Shown here: one piece after another, positions 47,013 to 56,370 of the stretch
Layout: each line of letters begins with the position of its first letter
Position numbering within the stretch: the first letter of the stretch is position 1
DNA from: an uncultured Gemmatimonadaceae bacterium
GTDB lineage: Bacteria > Gemmatimonadota > Gemmatimonadetes > Gemmatimonadales > Gemmatimonadaceae
DNA: 64,000 nucleotides
Direction: 5' to 3'
Assembly: GCA_963705025.1 (NCBI GenBank)
Contig: CAVPIP010000002.1
Span: 237,697 to 301,696, forward strand
Position numbers and translations under genes: made by a program
Notes under the pieces: generated by a model
The model's database searches: none
What the model was told of the DNA's origin: nothing
The model's input: only the letters and a program-made list of their open reading frames with translations

Positions 47013-48176
47013 TCATCGCATCCAGACGTAGACCGTCGCGCAGGTCTTGGTGCGATTCGCCCATGCCGCCTCTCCAGTGTTGGACATGACCGGCTGAGGA
47101 AATGAACGGCGGAGAGAGCGGACGGTTGCCGCGCCGATGCCGCCTCTGGTGCGGGTGGGGGCAGTGAAATAGAGCTCGATCGTCTCGATCTCGTCCACGG
47201 TGAGCGGCCCGATCTCGACGGCGTCTGGCCCGCCGTTTTTCACGGCCCAGCAGTCGGGGTCGAGATAGCCCTGTGGTCCCGGAGTGAGACTCATGTACGC
47301 CATCTGCACGGCGTCTCTCACCCATTCGATGCCGCGCGCCTCGAGCTCGGCGCGGGTGATGACTCTGGAATTCATGATCGAGCGCGCGACCAGCCGCTTC
47401 GAGAAGTCTTCGACGTTGTGGGCCGCGCGCACCGGCACTTGGCCTTTGAGCGGGGGCAGGTACACCGAGATGCGACGTCCACTGTCCGGCGGGACGATCA
47501 CGCTCACCACTTTGGACGCGAACCCTGCTCTGGTGACGGTGACGATGTAGGATCCGGGACGAACAGGGATGAAGAACGCGCCCGTCGAATCGGCCGTCGT
47601 CGACGCATTGTGACCGGCAAGGCGAATCTCGGCGCCCGGAAGGGCATGGAAGGCGGTGTCGCCGACTACGCCGCTCAGGCCGCCACCCGCGGCGCTGCTC
47701 ACCACCGGCAGCAGCGAGTACGGGATAGGCAGCAGTGCGAAGGCGCCGGCCCCCCCGGCGGTGTCCACGACGATCGACCGGATCTGCGGCGCGTAGCCCA
47801 GCTTCCGAGCGCGCACCTCGTACGTGCCCGGCCCGAGGTCCTCGAACCCGAAGCTGCCGTCGCCCCGGCTGAGGGCGCGGCGCTTCCCGGCGATCGAGAC
47901 TTCGACGCCTGCGACGGGAAATCCGCTCGTGTCGCGCACGACGCCGGCGATCCGGCGCGCCCCGGGCGGCGGCGGCGCGGCATTGACTCTCACGGTGGGC
48001 AGACGCGCCGGGTCCTGCCCGAGAGCGTCGTGCCGGCTCGCGCACAGGGCGAAACAGACTCCCGCGACCCAATGGATCCGCACGGCCGGCCGTCTCGAGC
48101 TTGGACACGATGAGCATACTCGTAATCCGGCCCCCGCACAACATGGGGAGTGGTCATCGCCGGGAACGTGCCGCAT
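47013..48176 (-). CDS. secreted protein with two carboxypeptidase-regulatory-like (CarboxypepD_reg) domains
   Basis: IAGVVRDTSGFPVAGVEVSIAG...GSFGFEDLGPGTYEVRARKLGY, and a second copy LSGVVGD...GAFFIPVRPGSYIVTVTRAGF. The true start is probably internal (e.g. GTG near 48083), because only 30 nt would otherwise separate it from the divergent GH127 gene. Confidence 0.7.
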   Translation of the reverse strand: MRHVPGDDHSPCCAGAGLRVCSSCPSSRRPAVRIHWVAGVCFALCASRHDALGQDPARLPTVRVNAAPPPPGARRIAGVVRDTSGFPVAGVEVSIAGKRRALSRGDGSFGFEDLGPGTYEVRARKLGYAPQIRSIVVDTAGGAGAFALLPIPYSLLPVVSSAAGGGLSGVVGDTAFHALPGAEIRLAGHNASTTADSTGAFFIPVRPGSYIVTVTRAGFASKVVSVIVPPDSGRRISVYLPPLKGQVPVRAAHNVEDFSKRLVARSIMNSRVITRAELEARGIEWVRDAVQMAYMSLTPGPQGYLDPDCWAVKNGGPDAVEIGPLTVDEIETIELYFTAPTRTRGGIGAATVRSLRRSFPQPVMSNTGEAAWANRTKTCATVYVWMR

Positions 48177-48206
48177 ATTGAAGGAATCCGCTTTCCCGAG
48201 ACCGCG

Positions 48207-50711
48207 ATGTCTTCGACCCGACGCGACTTCCTTCAGGTCTCCGCCTCCTCCGCCGCCGCGTTCGCGCTCGGTCCGCTGGCGCGCGACGCCGGCGCCGAAG
48301 TGCCCGGCGCGCCCGCTTCCCCCGCTTCCTCAGGACCGCTGCAGCCGAAAGCGATCCGCGCCCGGCCTGTTCACCTCAGCAAGGTGCGTGTCACCGGCGG
48401 TCCAGCCAAGGCGGCGCAGGAGGCGACGGCCAAGTACCTGCTGTCGCTCGACCCCGATCGCATGATGGCGTTCTACCGCCAGCGTGCGGGACTCCAGCAG
48501 AAGGCGCAGCCCTACGCCGGCTGGGATGGCGGCGGCAGAAATCTCACGGGTCACATCGCCGGGCATCACCTCTCCGCCGTGAGCTACATGTACCTCGCGA
48601 CGGCCGACGAGCGCTTCAAGCAGCGCGCCGACTATCTCGTGCGCGAGATGAAGGAAGTGCAGGACAAGAACGGCGACGGCTACCTGAGCGCGCTCGAGAA
48701 CGGACGCGAAGCGTGGGCCGCGGTCTCGAAGGGCGACATTCGCTCCGCGGCGTTCGATCTCAACGGCCTCTGGTCGCCGTGGTATACGCTGCACAAGACC
48801 TTCGCCGGCCTCCGCGACGCGCATCGTCACACGGGCAACAAGACCGCGCTCGAGGTCGAGACGAAGTTTGCCGGGTGGGCGGAACGGGTGCTCGAGCCGC
48901 TCACCGACGTGCAGGTTGCCAAAATGCTCAACACCGAGCACGGCGGCATGAACGAAGTGCTGTCGGACCTCTGGGTCGACACCGGTGACAAGCGCTGGCT
49001 CGACCTCTCGTACCGGTTCGAGCACCACGAGTTCACCGACGCGCTCAAGCGCCACCAGGACAACCTCGCCGGCAAGCACGGCAACTGTCAGATCCCGAAG
49101 CTGATCGGCTCCGCGGCGCGCTACGCGTACACGGAGGACGCCGGCGATCTCATGGCCGCGTCGTTCTTCTGGGACCGCGTGACGCAGCATCACAGCTACG
49201 CGACCGGCGGCCACGGTCTCGCCGAGTACTTCGGCGTGCCCGATCAGCTGAGCGCGCGCGTCGACGGACGCACCTGCGAGTCGTGCAACGAGTACAACAT
49301 GCTCAAGCTCACGCGCCGATTGTTCTCGCTCCGCCCCGACGCGTTCTACTCGGACTATCACGAGCGCGCGCTGTTCAACCACGTGCTGGCGTCGATCGAT
49401 TCCGGAACGGCCGCCACGTCGTACATGGTGCCGGTCGGCCGCGGCGTGCAGCAGGAATACCAGAACATGCAGCAGAGCTTCACCTGCTGCGTCGGCACGG
49501 GCATGGAGAGCCACGCGCTGCACGGCGACGGCGTCTACTACGAGTCGGACGACACCGTGTGGGTCACGCTCTTCATCCCGTCGACCGCCCAGCTCTCGCT
49601 CGGCAACGCCACGATCACGCAGGAGACGAGCTTTCCCGACGGCGATACGTCGAAGCTCACGTTCACGATGGGGAGGGCGAAGCAGGAGCTCACGCTGGCG
49701 ATCCGGCGTCCGTCGTGGGCCGGCGATGGATTCACCGTGAAGGTGAATGGCGCCGACGTTCCGCAGCCGACGCTCGCGAGCCTTCGCGCCGGCGCCGCCG
49801 GTGGACGTCCGATGAACGACGACGAGCACGGTGTGCCGCAGCCGAGCACGTTCGCGTATCTCAAACGCACCTGGACGACGGGCGACACGGTGGAGGTCAC
49901 GATTCCGAAGACCGTGCGCCTCGAGCCGACGCCCGACAACAAGTCCGTCGCCGCGATCATGTGGGGACCGCTCGTGTTGGCCGGCGATCACGGACCGCGT
50001 CGCGAGGGTCGCGCCGCCATGGCGTCCGCGCCGCCGATTCCGGTGCTCGTGGCCGCGGGCAAGCCCCTCTCGGAATGGGTCGTTCCCGCCGGCTCACGCC
50101 CCGGCGACTTCCGCGCTGCCCAGGTCGCGAGAATTCCGTCGCAGCCAGCGGCGCCCGGCGACGTTCCACTCGCGCCGTTCTATCGGACGCAGGAGCGCGT
50201 GTACAGCGTGTACTTCGACGTGTTGACGCAGGCCGAGTTCGATGCGCGTGCCGCGGCGGTGACCGCCGAGCGAGAGCATCAACGGCGCGTCGAGGCGGCG
50301 ACGATCTCGTACATCCAACCGGGCGACCCGACGCCCGAGAAGGAGTACAACTATCAGAGCGAGCCCGCCGACCGCCGCGCCGACCGAACCAACGGCCGCT
50401 CGAGTCGCGGCGGGCAGGGCTGGTTCACGTTCGACCTTCCGGTCGATCCGCAGGAGGACATGGCGGTGCTCGTGACCTATTTCAACGAGCAGGGCCTTCC
50501 GCCGGCGATGGGCAACTTCGAGATCCAGGTCAACGGAACGCGCGTCGGCAAGTTCGCACCCAACGCGAGCGCGACCGGCTTTTATGACGCGCAGTACGCG
50601 ATCCCGGCCGAGCTCACGAAAGGGAAGGCGAGAGTGACGGTGAAGTTCGCGGGCGTGGGGCCTGGCAGAATCGCACCCGTGTTCGGCGTTCGGATGATCA
50701 AAGCGTTCTAA
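48207..50711 (+). CDS. Tat-exported glycoside hydrolase family 127-like protein (DUF1680, beta-L-arabinofuranosidase family)
   Basis: Start at internal ATG 48207 with Tat motif SSTRRDFLQVSA. GH127-like segments LTGHIAGHHLSA, HGGMNEVL, GKHGNCQIPK, HSYATGGHG, CESCNEYNMLKL and FTCCVGTGMESH. Confidence 0.85.
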   Translation: MSSTRRDFLQVSASSAAAFALGPLARDAGAEVPGAPASPASSGPLQPKAIRARPVHLSKVRVTGGPAKAAQEATAKYLLSLDPDRMMAFYRQRAGLQQKAQPYAGWDGGGRNLTGHIAGHHLSAVSYMYLATADERFKQRADYLVREMKEVQDKNGDGYLSALENGREAWAAVSKGDIRSAAFDLNGLWSPWYTLHKTFAGLRDAHRHTGNKTALEVETKFAGWAERVLEPLTDVQVAKMLNTEHGGMNEVLSDLWVDTGDKRWLDLSYRFEHHEFTDALKRHQDNLAGKHGNCQIPKLIGSAARYAYTEDAGDLMAASFFWDRVTQHHSYATGGHGLAEYFGVPDQLSARVDGRTCESCNEYNMLKLTRRLFSLRPDAFYSDYHERALFNHVLASIDSGTAATSYMVPVGRGVQQEYQNMQQSFTCCVGTGMESHALHGDGVYYESDDTVWVTLFIPSTAQLSLGNATITQETSFPDGDTSKLTFTMGRAKQELTLAIRRPSWAGDGFTVKVNGADVPQPTLASLRAGAAGGRPMNDDEHGVPQPSTFAYLKRTWTTGDTVEVTIPKTVRLEPTPDNKSVAAIMWGPLVLAGDHGPRREGRAAMASAPPIPVLVAAGKPLSEWVVPAGSRPGDFRAAQVARIPSQPAAPGDVPLAPFYRTQERVYSVYFDVLTQAEFDARAAAVTAEREHQRRVEAATISYIQPGDPTPEKEYNYQSEPADRRADRTNGRSSRGGQGWFTFDLPVDPQEDMAVLVTYFNEQGLPPAMGNFEIQVNGTRVGKFAPNASATGFYDAQYAIPAELTKGKARVTVKFAGVGPGRIAPVFGVRMIKAF

Positions 50712-50876
50712 AGCGGCCGCGCGCCAGGGCCGTTTATCACGGAACGGACGGGCGAAGGCGGATCGGCACGGGGCTGCGGATCACGACTCTCGATGACGGC
50801 CGCTCGGGACGCCACGCGCGGCCGTGCCGAGGCATCGTTCACAAGAAGGGCTTTCGATTCTCAACTGCTTGCATCG

Positions 50877-51417
50877 CTACGGGAGCGCCTGCCGAAACCT
50901 CTGCGCTTCGGCGGGCACGTTCGCCGGGCCGCTCCCGAACAGCAGTTGCGTGGTGGTCACGTCGCTTCCGTAGTAATCTCGATTGTCGCCCTTGTCCGGC
51001 GTCAGTTCCGCGCCCTCGAGCGAGAGCCCAGCGAAGAGGCCCTTCGACTTGGCGTAGGAATAAATCTCGGCCTTCAACTCGAGGTTGGTGGCGGCTTCGG
51101 CGCTGCGTCCGAAGGGTCCCGCTGCAACGCTGGCCTGGCCGCCCAGCGTCACACGCGTTCCGTCGACCAGCGAGCGCGCCCCGCGGTCGTTCATGAAGAA
51201 CAACACGATGTCCGACGACTGGACACCGAGCTGCACGCCCCAACTGCCGCCGCTGATGCTGACGAAGGCTGGTGCGCTCCACCCGGTTTCCGTGCGACAG
51301 GACATGACGCCGCTGCCGTGCCGGCCCCCGAAGCCGATCGCCGCCTTGATCACACCGGGCAGGACCGCGATGCACTTGGCGTGCTCCAGCAAGTCCTTGG
51401 GAGTCGCCTTATCAGTC
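50877..51417 (-). pseudogene. 5'-truncated SYLF (Ysc84-like, DUF500) lipid-binding domain gene
   Basis: Encodes DKATPKDLLEHAKCIAVLPGVIKAAIGFGGRHGSGVMSC...AEAQRFRQALP-stop, i.e. residues ~50-228 of the intact paralog at 54653..55339. The N-terminal signal and start codon are missing. Confidence 0.8.
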
Positions 51418-51683
51418 AGGGCGGGGGACTGGGCGCCAACGAGTACATGGGCAACCCCCGCTTCATGCGGGACGAGCTCGGGACCGTCCCCCACGTGCGG
51501 GGCACCGTGGGGATGAACACCCGCGGCCACGACACCGGGGACGGCCAGTGGTTCTTCAACCTTCGAGAGAACCGGCGTCTCGACAAAGACTACACAGTGT
51601 TCGCCGAGGTGATCGAGGGCATCGATGTCGTCGACGGCATCCTCGAGGGAGACGTGATCGCGCGGATGGACGTGCTCTCGTGA
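51415..51683 (+). pseudogene. cyclophilin-type peptidyl-prolyl isomerase fragment (C-terminal ~88 aa only)
   Basis: QGGGLGANEY...HVRGTVGMNTRGHDTGDGQWFFNLRENRRLDKDYTVFAEVIEGIDVVDGILEGDVIARMDVLS-stop. There is no N-terminal half and no independent start. It appears only as the tail of the chimeric track ORF 50793..51683. Confidence 0.75.
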
Positions 51684-52061
51684 GGTATTGAAACACCGAG
51701 CGTGACCGACTCGTCGTCGCGTCGTGACAATCGCACCGCGCGCGGTTGAAACGTGGGCCCGCGTCCCGCGCCGCGCTGCTTGCCATCTTCGAACGAGCAA
51801 CGGTGAACGAGCAAACGCTGAACGTAAGACGCTCGCTCTGTCAAGGGCTGCGGCAGGGCTGAGCCGCACACACGCAGACCTTGATGTCCGGATTCGCGGG
51901 GGCTTTGCGTCCTTGCAAGCTCGGGCTCATCAATGGAGGCGTGGGCATCATGCTGCGCGCGAGCGCGCGAGCGATGCCTCGCCCGCATCCGGCTGGGGGT
52001 CGAGACGCGTCGGCCCCGGGGATGATCCGTGAGCCACGTCCTCACAGATCGTAGAGGCAGC

Positions 52062-53729
52062 ATGAAAAAGGCTCGATCCGTAGTCCGCACGTTCGCGATG
52101 GCCGCGCTGTTGCCGCTGGTTCCCGTCATTTCATGTCGGGACGCCCCCACCGCCATACGCCCCACGCCAGGCACCAGCTCGAGAACGCTCACCTCGACCG
52201 CGGCCACATCGATCACCCGCCAGCAAGCAAAAGACAATTCTGCCGCCGGCCAACAGCAGGTCTCGGTGCTGCTCGGCCAACAAACCACGGAAGGCAACCT
52301 CATCGTCGTCGCGTTCGATTACACGGGAGCGGAGCTCACGTCGATCACCGACTCGCAGGGCAACACGTTCACCCTGGCCGGCGCAGAGGTCACGAGCCCG
52401 GGCGGCGCTCGGACGCGGATGTACTATGCCAACAACATCAAAGGCGGCACCGAGCAGGTGACCGTCGCCCTCGACAGGGGCGCGGACATTCTGGAGGTCA
52501 ACGTCGCCGAGTACAGCGGAGCCGACCCGGTATCGCCGCTCGATGCCAGCGCGCAGACGTCCGGGACGCAAGCCTCCGTCGACATCCCGATCGTCACGAC
52601 CGCCGACAATGACATGCTCGTGGCGTACTGCAAGGGCGACCGGCGTTGCACCGAGGGCTCGGGCGAGGGCTTCATCGGCGTTCTCCACCTCAATAGTCAG
52701 AACGTTCTCGAGGACAAGACGGCCGGCGCGGCCGGCACGTACTCCGTGACGGTGGCCAATAACAAGCAGCAGGATGGCGACGGCTTCGCACTGGTGGCGG
52801 CGGCGTTCAAGCCGGTGTCAGCGGTCGCCTCCGTCGTCGTCGCACCGGACACCTCGACGATCGGGTTCGGCGCCACGGCTTCACTCACCGCGACACTCGC
52901 CGATTCCCGCGGCAATGTGTTGACGGGACGAACGGTGACGTGGTCGTCGAGCAACGCGAACATTGCCACTGTGGACGCAACCGGCCTCGTGACCGGAATT
53001 ACAGCCGGAACCGCGACGATCACGGCCACGGCCGAGGGACAGAGTGGAACTGCGACGGTGACCGTCCTGCCTCCGCCTCCGGTCACTTTCGTGCAGGCCA
53101 GAGCGCTGGGCCAGGCAGCTCAGACGCTCTCGGTCCCGTTCAAGACCGCGACCGCAGCGGGCAACCTGGTCGTGGTGGCGTTCGACTACACCGGCACGAC
53201 GTTCACGTCGATCACCGACTCGCAGGGCAATGTGTTCACGCAGGTCGGTTCCGAGGTCACGAGCCCCGGCGGGGCGGCGACGCGCATGTACTACGCGAAG
53301 AACATCAAGGGCGGCCCCGAAACCGTGACCGTCACACTCGGCGATACCACTTCTTCGCTCGAGGTATACGTCGCCGAGTATCGCGGTGCGGATCCGGTCT
53401 CACCACTCGACGGGAGCGCGCAAAACGCCGGTCCTACGGACAGTCCGGTCACGAGCGGATCGTTCGTGACGACGTCGGCCAACGACAGGGTCGTGGCGTA
53501 CTGCGTCGGCGACACATATTGCGATCCCGGCCCAGGCTTCGCGGCGCGCTCGACCCTGCATTCCAATCTTCTCGAGGACCGCAAGGTCGGTGCAGCGGGT
53601 TCGTTTGCTGCGACTGCGTTCGCGGGCACAGGCTGGGGAATCGTTGCGGGAGCCTTCAGACAGCGCATCTCGGGCGCACCGCTGCCGTCTACGGCGACGA
53701 CCGTGAGAGCTCGCGGCGCGGGTCAATGA
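52062..53729 (+). CDS. lipoprotein: unknown ~190 aa domain - Big_2 (bacterial Ig-like) domain - second copy of the unknown domain
   Basis: Start at internal ATG 52062 with lipobox LLPLVPVISC. The Big_2-like segment is VVVAPDTSTIGFGATASLTATLADSRGNVLTGRTVTWSSSNANIATVDATGLVTGITAGTATITATAEGQSGTATVTV. Flanking domains share GNL(I/V)VVAFDYTG..(L/F)TSITDSQGN.FT..G.EVTSPGGA.TRMYYA.NIKGG.E.VTV.L...LEV.VAEY.GADPVSPLD.SAQ. Confidence 0.75.
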   Translation: MKKARSVVRTFAMAALLPLVPVISCRDAPTAIRPTPGTSSRTLTSTAATSITRQQAKDNSAAGQQQVSVLLGQQTTEGNLIVVAFDYTGAELTSITDSQGNTFTLAGAEVTSPGGARTRMYYANNIKGGTEQVTVALDRGADILEVNVAEYSGADPVSPLDASAQTSGTQASVDIPIVTTADNDMLVAYCKGDRRCTEGSGEGFIGVLHLNSQNVLEDKTAGAAGTYSVTVANNKQQDGDGFALVAAAFKPVSAVASVVVAPDTSTIGFGATASLTATLADSRGNVLTGRTVTWSSSNANIATVDATGLVTGITAGTATITATAEGQSGTATVTVLPPPPVTFVQARALGQAAQTLSVPFKTATAAGNLVVVAFDYTGTTFTSITDSQGNVFTQVGSEVTSPGGAATRMYYAKNIKGGPETVTVTLGDTTSSLEVYVAEYRGADPVSPLDGSAQNAGPTDSPVTSGSFVTTSANDRVVAYCVGDTYCDPGPGFAARSTLHSNLLEDRKVGAAGSFAATAFAGTGWGIVAGAFRQRISGAPLPSTATTVRARGAGQ

Positions 53730-53790
53730 CTGGCAGAGCATCGCGCATTGGCGGCGCCCAGCTCGCGATGCGTCACTAGTTGATGCGTTC

Positions 53791-53818
53791 AGGGGTTTGC
53801 CACCGTCGGCAAACCCCT
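53791..53818 (+). terminator. perfect 11-bp hairpin downstream of the 52062..53729 gene
   Basis: aggggtttgcc-accgtc-ggcaaacccct lies 62 nt after the stop. It is followed by aaacacc, so there is no U tract and terminator function is uncertain. Confidence 0.4.
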
Positions 53819-54084
53819 AAACACCGATCTCCTCTGACGCGCGCAAGTAGCGAGCGACTGGCCGCTCGGTGATCACACCGCGCGTAAGTCATTTCCGAAC
53901 GGCGCCCGACGCTTCGAACAGGTGCAGCCGTGGCGGTCACGCAGCGCACCGTGTCGCAACAGGTGATGTGGGAGTGATCTCTTGGTGATTTGCGGGCGAT
54001 TGCGCGGCATACCATGCGCTTGCGCGTCGGTCGATGCGCCGGACCCTAGCGTCCGAACTCCACAATGCCTTCATGGGAGGACTG

Positions 54085-54504
54085 ATGCGTATCACCACCC
54101 TGCTCGCCCTCGGCGCCGTAGTCGTCGCCGCCTGCTCCGACAACCAATCGTCACCGACGTCTCCACGAATGGCGAGTGGCTCGGTGCGTCCGGATGCCGC
54201 GTCCGCCTCGTTGGCGCCATCCCCGAACGCAAAACCCGTCGACCAGGTGGGCTTCACCAAGATCACCAAGGTTGTAGGACCCGAGGTGATTCTCGGCTCA
54301 GGCCAAAGTAGTAGCTCAACGGCGACCTGCCCCAGCGGCACCACGCTCACCGGCGGTGGCTACAAGTCCACGTTGATCAACGGCACGCCGCCGTGGGTAT
54401 GGAACTCGGCCGACGATTCCAACAACGGCTGGCTCGTTTACGTCACCGTTCCGCCGGGGCCAAACACGGTCGGATTTGAGGCGGTCGCGTACTGCGCAAG
54501 CTGA
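54085..54504 (+). CDS. small secreted lipoprotein, unknown function
   Basis: Start at internal ATG 54085 with lipobox LLALGAVVVAACS. The mature part has paired cysteines (TATCPSGTTLTGGGY ... AVAYCAS). Confidence 0.6.
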   Translation: MRITTLLALGAVVVAACSDNQSSPTSPRMASGSVRPDAASASLAPSPNAKPVDQVGFTKITKVVGPEVILGSGQSSSSTATCPSGTTLTGGGYKSTLINGTPPWVWNSADDSNNGWLVYVTVPPGPNTVGFEAVAYCAS

Positions 54505-54566
54505 GGGCCGTGACCACCGATCGGCGTCGCGCTTCAGTCCCCGGGCGCGGCGCCGCATGGTTGGGG

Positions 54567-54643
54567 AATTCCCAAGGGCATCGAAGTCGTCGACGGCATC
54601 CCCCAAGGGAGACGTCATCGCGCGGATGGACGTGCTCCCGTGA
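54567..54643 (+). pseudogene. cyclophilin gene tail (last ~25 codons only)
   Basis: PKGIEVVDGIPQGDVIARMDVLP-stop is homologous to the ends of the fragments at 51415..51683 and 55579..55841. It ends 9 nt before the convergent SYLF stop. Confidence 0.6.
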
Positions 54644-54652
54644 GGCTGTGCG

Positions 54653-55339
54653 TTACGGGAGCGCCTGCCGAAACGTCTGCGCTTCCGCGGGCACGTTCGC
54701 CGGGCCGCCGCCGAACAGCAGTTGCGTGGTGGTCACGTCACTTCCGTAATAGTCTTTGTCGTCGCCCTTGTCCGGCCTCAGTTCCGCGCCCTCGAGCGAG
54801 AGCCCAGCGAAGAGGCCCTTCGACTTGGCGTAGGAATAAATCTCGGCCTTGAGATCGAGGTTGGTGGCGGCTTCCGCGCTGCGCCCGAAGGGTCCCGCTG
54901 CAACGCTGGCCTGGCCGCCCAGAGTCACACGCGATCCGTCGACCAACGAGCGCGCCCCGCGGTCATTCATGAAGAACAACACGATGTCCGACGACTGGAC
55001 GCCGAGCTGCACGCCCCAACTGCCGCCGCTGATGCTGACGAATGCTGGCGCGCTCCACCCGGTTTCCGTGCGACAGGACATGACGCCACTGCCGTGCCGG
55101 CCCCCGAAGCCGACCGCCGCCTTGATCACACCGGGCAGGACCGCGATGCACTTGGCGTGCGCCAGCAAGTCCTTGGGAATCGCCTTGTCAGTCGCCGTGA
55201 TCAGCTCGCGGTACACCGCCGTCGCGTCGGCGAGTTTCCCGCCTGGCGATTCCGCCTTCTCGCGCGGACTTTCCCCGCGCGCGGTTCCCACCGTGGCCAG
55301 CGTGGCAAACGCCGCCAACGCAATTGCGTATTTCCTCAT
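54653..55339 (-). CDS. SYLF (Ysc84-like, DUF500) domain lipoprotein/secreted protein, intact copy
   Basis: ATG 55339 (MRKYAIALAAFATLATVGTARG), then ...GFGGRHGSGVMSCRTETGWSAPAFVSISGGSWGVQLG...SYAKSKGLFAGLSLEGA. 228 aa. Confidence 0.85.
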   Translation of the reverse strand: MRKYAIALAAFATLATVGTARGESPREKAESPGGKLADATAVYRELITATDKAIPKDLLAHAKCIAVLPGVIKAAVGFGGRHGSGVMSCRTETGWSAPAFVSISGGSWGVQLGVQSSDIVLFFMNDRGARSLVDGSRVTLGGQASVAAGPFGRSAEAATNLDLKAEIYSYAKSKGLFAGLSLEGAELRPDKGDDKDYYGSDVTTTQLLFGGGPANVPAEAQTFRQALP

Positions 55340-55578
55340 GTCGGTTCTCCATGGCTGGGCCCTGAGGCAACAAACGGTGTCCGTCCGCCGGGACGAAATG
55401 GGGTCGTCCTCTGGCGTTCGTGACGTGTTCGCGAGGCAGCGTGCCTGGCTGTTGGGCCTCGTCTGCCGGTTGAGTCCGAGTGCAACTCCTGAGCCGTGCT
55501 CGGTATCGCGAGACGACGACCTGATCAGTGTCGGAGCCACGCTTGGGCGGAGCGTGGCTCGGCGCACGCAGTGACCAT

Positions 55579-55841
55579 TCAGGGCGGGGGACTGGGCGCC
55601 AACGAGTACATGGGCAACCCGCGCTGCATGCGGGACGAGTTTGGGACCCTCCCGCACGTGCGCGGCACCGTGGGGATGGCACCCGGAGCCACGACACCGG
55701 GGACGGGCAATGGTTCTTCAACCTTCGAACCGGCGTCTCGACGGAGGCTATACCGTGCTGGCCGAGGTCCCCAAGGGCATCGATGTCGTCGACCGCATCC
55801 CCAAGGGAGACGCGATCGCGCGGATGGACGTGCTCCCGTGA
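55579..55841 (+). pseudogene. decayed cyclophilin fragment (C-terminal part, with internal indels)
   Basis: IQGGGLGANEYMGNPRCMRDEFGTLPHVRGTVGMA is in one frame, and YTVLAEVPKGIDVVDRIPKGDAIARMDVLP-stop is in another (ORF 55641..55841). Relative to the 51415..51683 copy it has 1-nt and 4-nt deletions. Confidence 0.7.
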
Positions 55842-55882
55842 GGTACTGAATCACTTTTCGCTTCGGAAAGTCCGGAGGTCCT

Positions 55883-56370
55883 ATGGCAGCGTCGCGTCGC
55901 ACTCGTTCGCCGATGCTGATCGTCTTTCTCGACCTGGACGGCTACAAGGCCGTCTGCGTGGAGCGCGGCGATCTCGAGGTCGCGGACATGATCGACGACT
56001 ACTACGATCGCGTGTCGACCGCGGTGCAGAAGGCGGGCGGCCGGGTGGTGAAGTTCATCGGCGACGGCGCGTCTTCGCGGATGGCTCGGCGGATGCGGGC
56101 GTGAGCATGCTGCTCGATCTCATTTCGCGCGTCGATGGGTTCATGCGTGAGCGCGGATGGAACTGCCGGCTCCGAGCCAAGGTGCACTTTGGCGACGTCG
56201 TCGCGGGGGAGTTCGGGTCGACTGGTGCGGCGCGGTTCGACGTGATGGGGGGCGAGGTCAACTCGACGGCGCTCATGTTGACGGACGGTGTCGCGGTGTC
56301 GCCGGCGGCGTTGGCGAGATTGTCGGCGAAGACGCGTGCGCTCGTGATGGATTATCGCGCGTCGGCGTGA
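55883..56370 (+). CDS. stand-alone class III adenylate/guanylate cyclase catalytic domain (~160 aa), one frameshift
   Basis: IVFLDLDGYK...GGRVVKFIGDG (ORF 55883..56104) continues as FADGSADAGVSMLLDL...RLRAKVHFGDVVAGEFG...FDVMGGEVNSTALM in the frame of ORF 55528..56370. The frame change lies near 56075-56085. Confidence 0.6.

Larger units (their letters stand above)
50877..51697. repeat. segmental duplication, copy 1 (deleted derivative of 54653..55855)
   Basis: About 95 % nucleotide identity by eye to 54653-55193 plus 55581-55855. The junction lies at 51416-51417. Confidence 0.85.
54653..55855. repeat. segmental duplication, copy 2 (full-length unit: SYLF gene, its upstream region and a cyclophilin relic)
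   Basis: See copy 1. Homology runs from the SYLF stop codon to ~14 nt past the cyclophilin stop (ggtactgaatcac versus ggtattgaaacac). Confidence 0.85.

Noticed and set aside
50793-51683. Track ORF 50793..51683 (296 aa) as an intact gene
   Set aside because: It is a chimera. Its first two thirds are the antisense strand of the truncated SYLF gene, and only the last ~88 aa are cyclophilin-like. It was created by the 387-bp deletion junction at 51416-51417.
52062-53729. The two similar domains of the lipoprotein as template/variable repeats of a diversity-generating retroelement
   Set aside because: Differences between the copies are not restricted to adenine positions. Both copies are coding parts of the same protein, and no reverse transcriptase gene is nearby.
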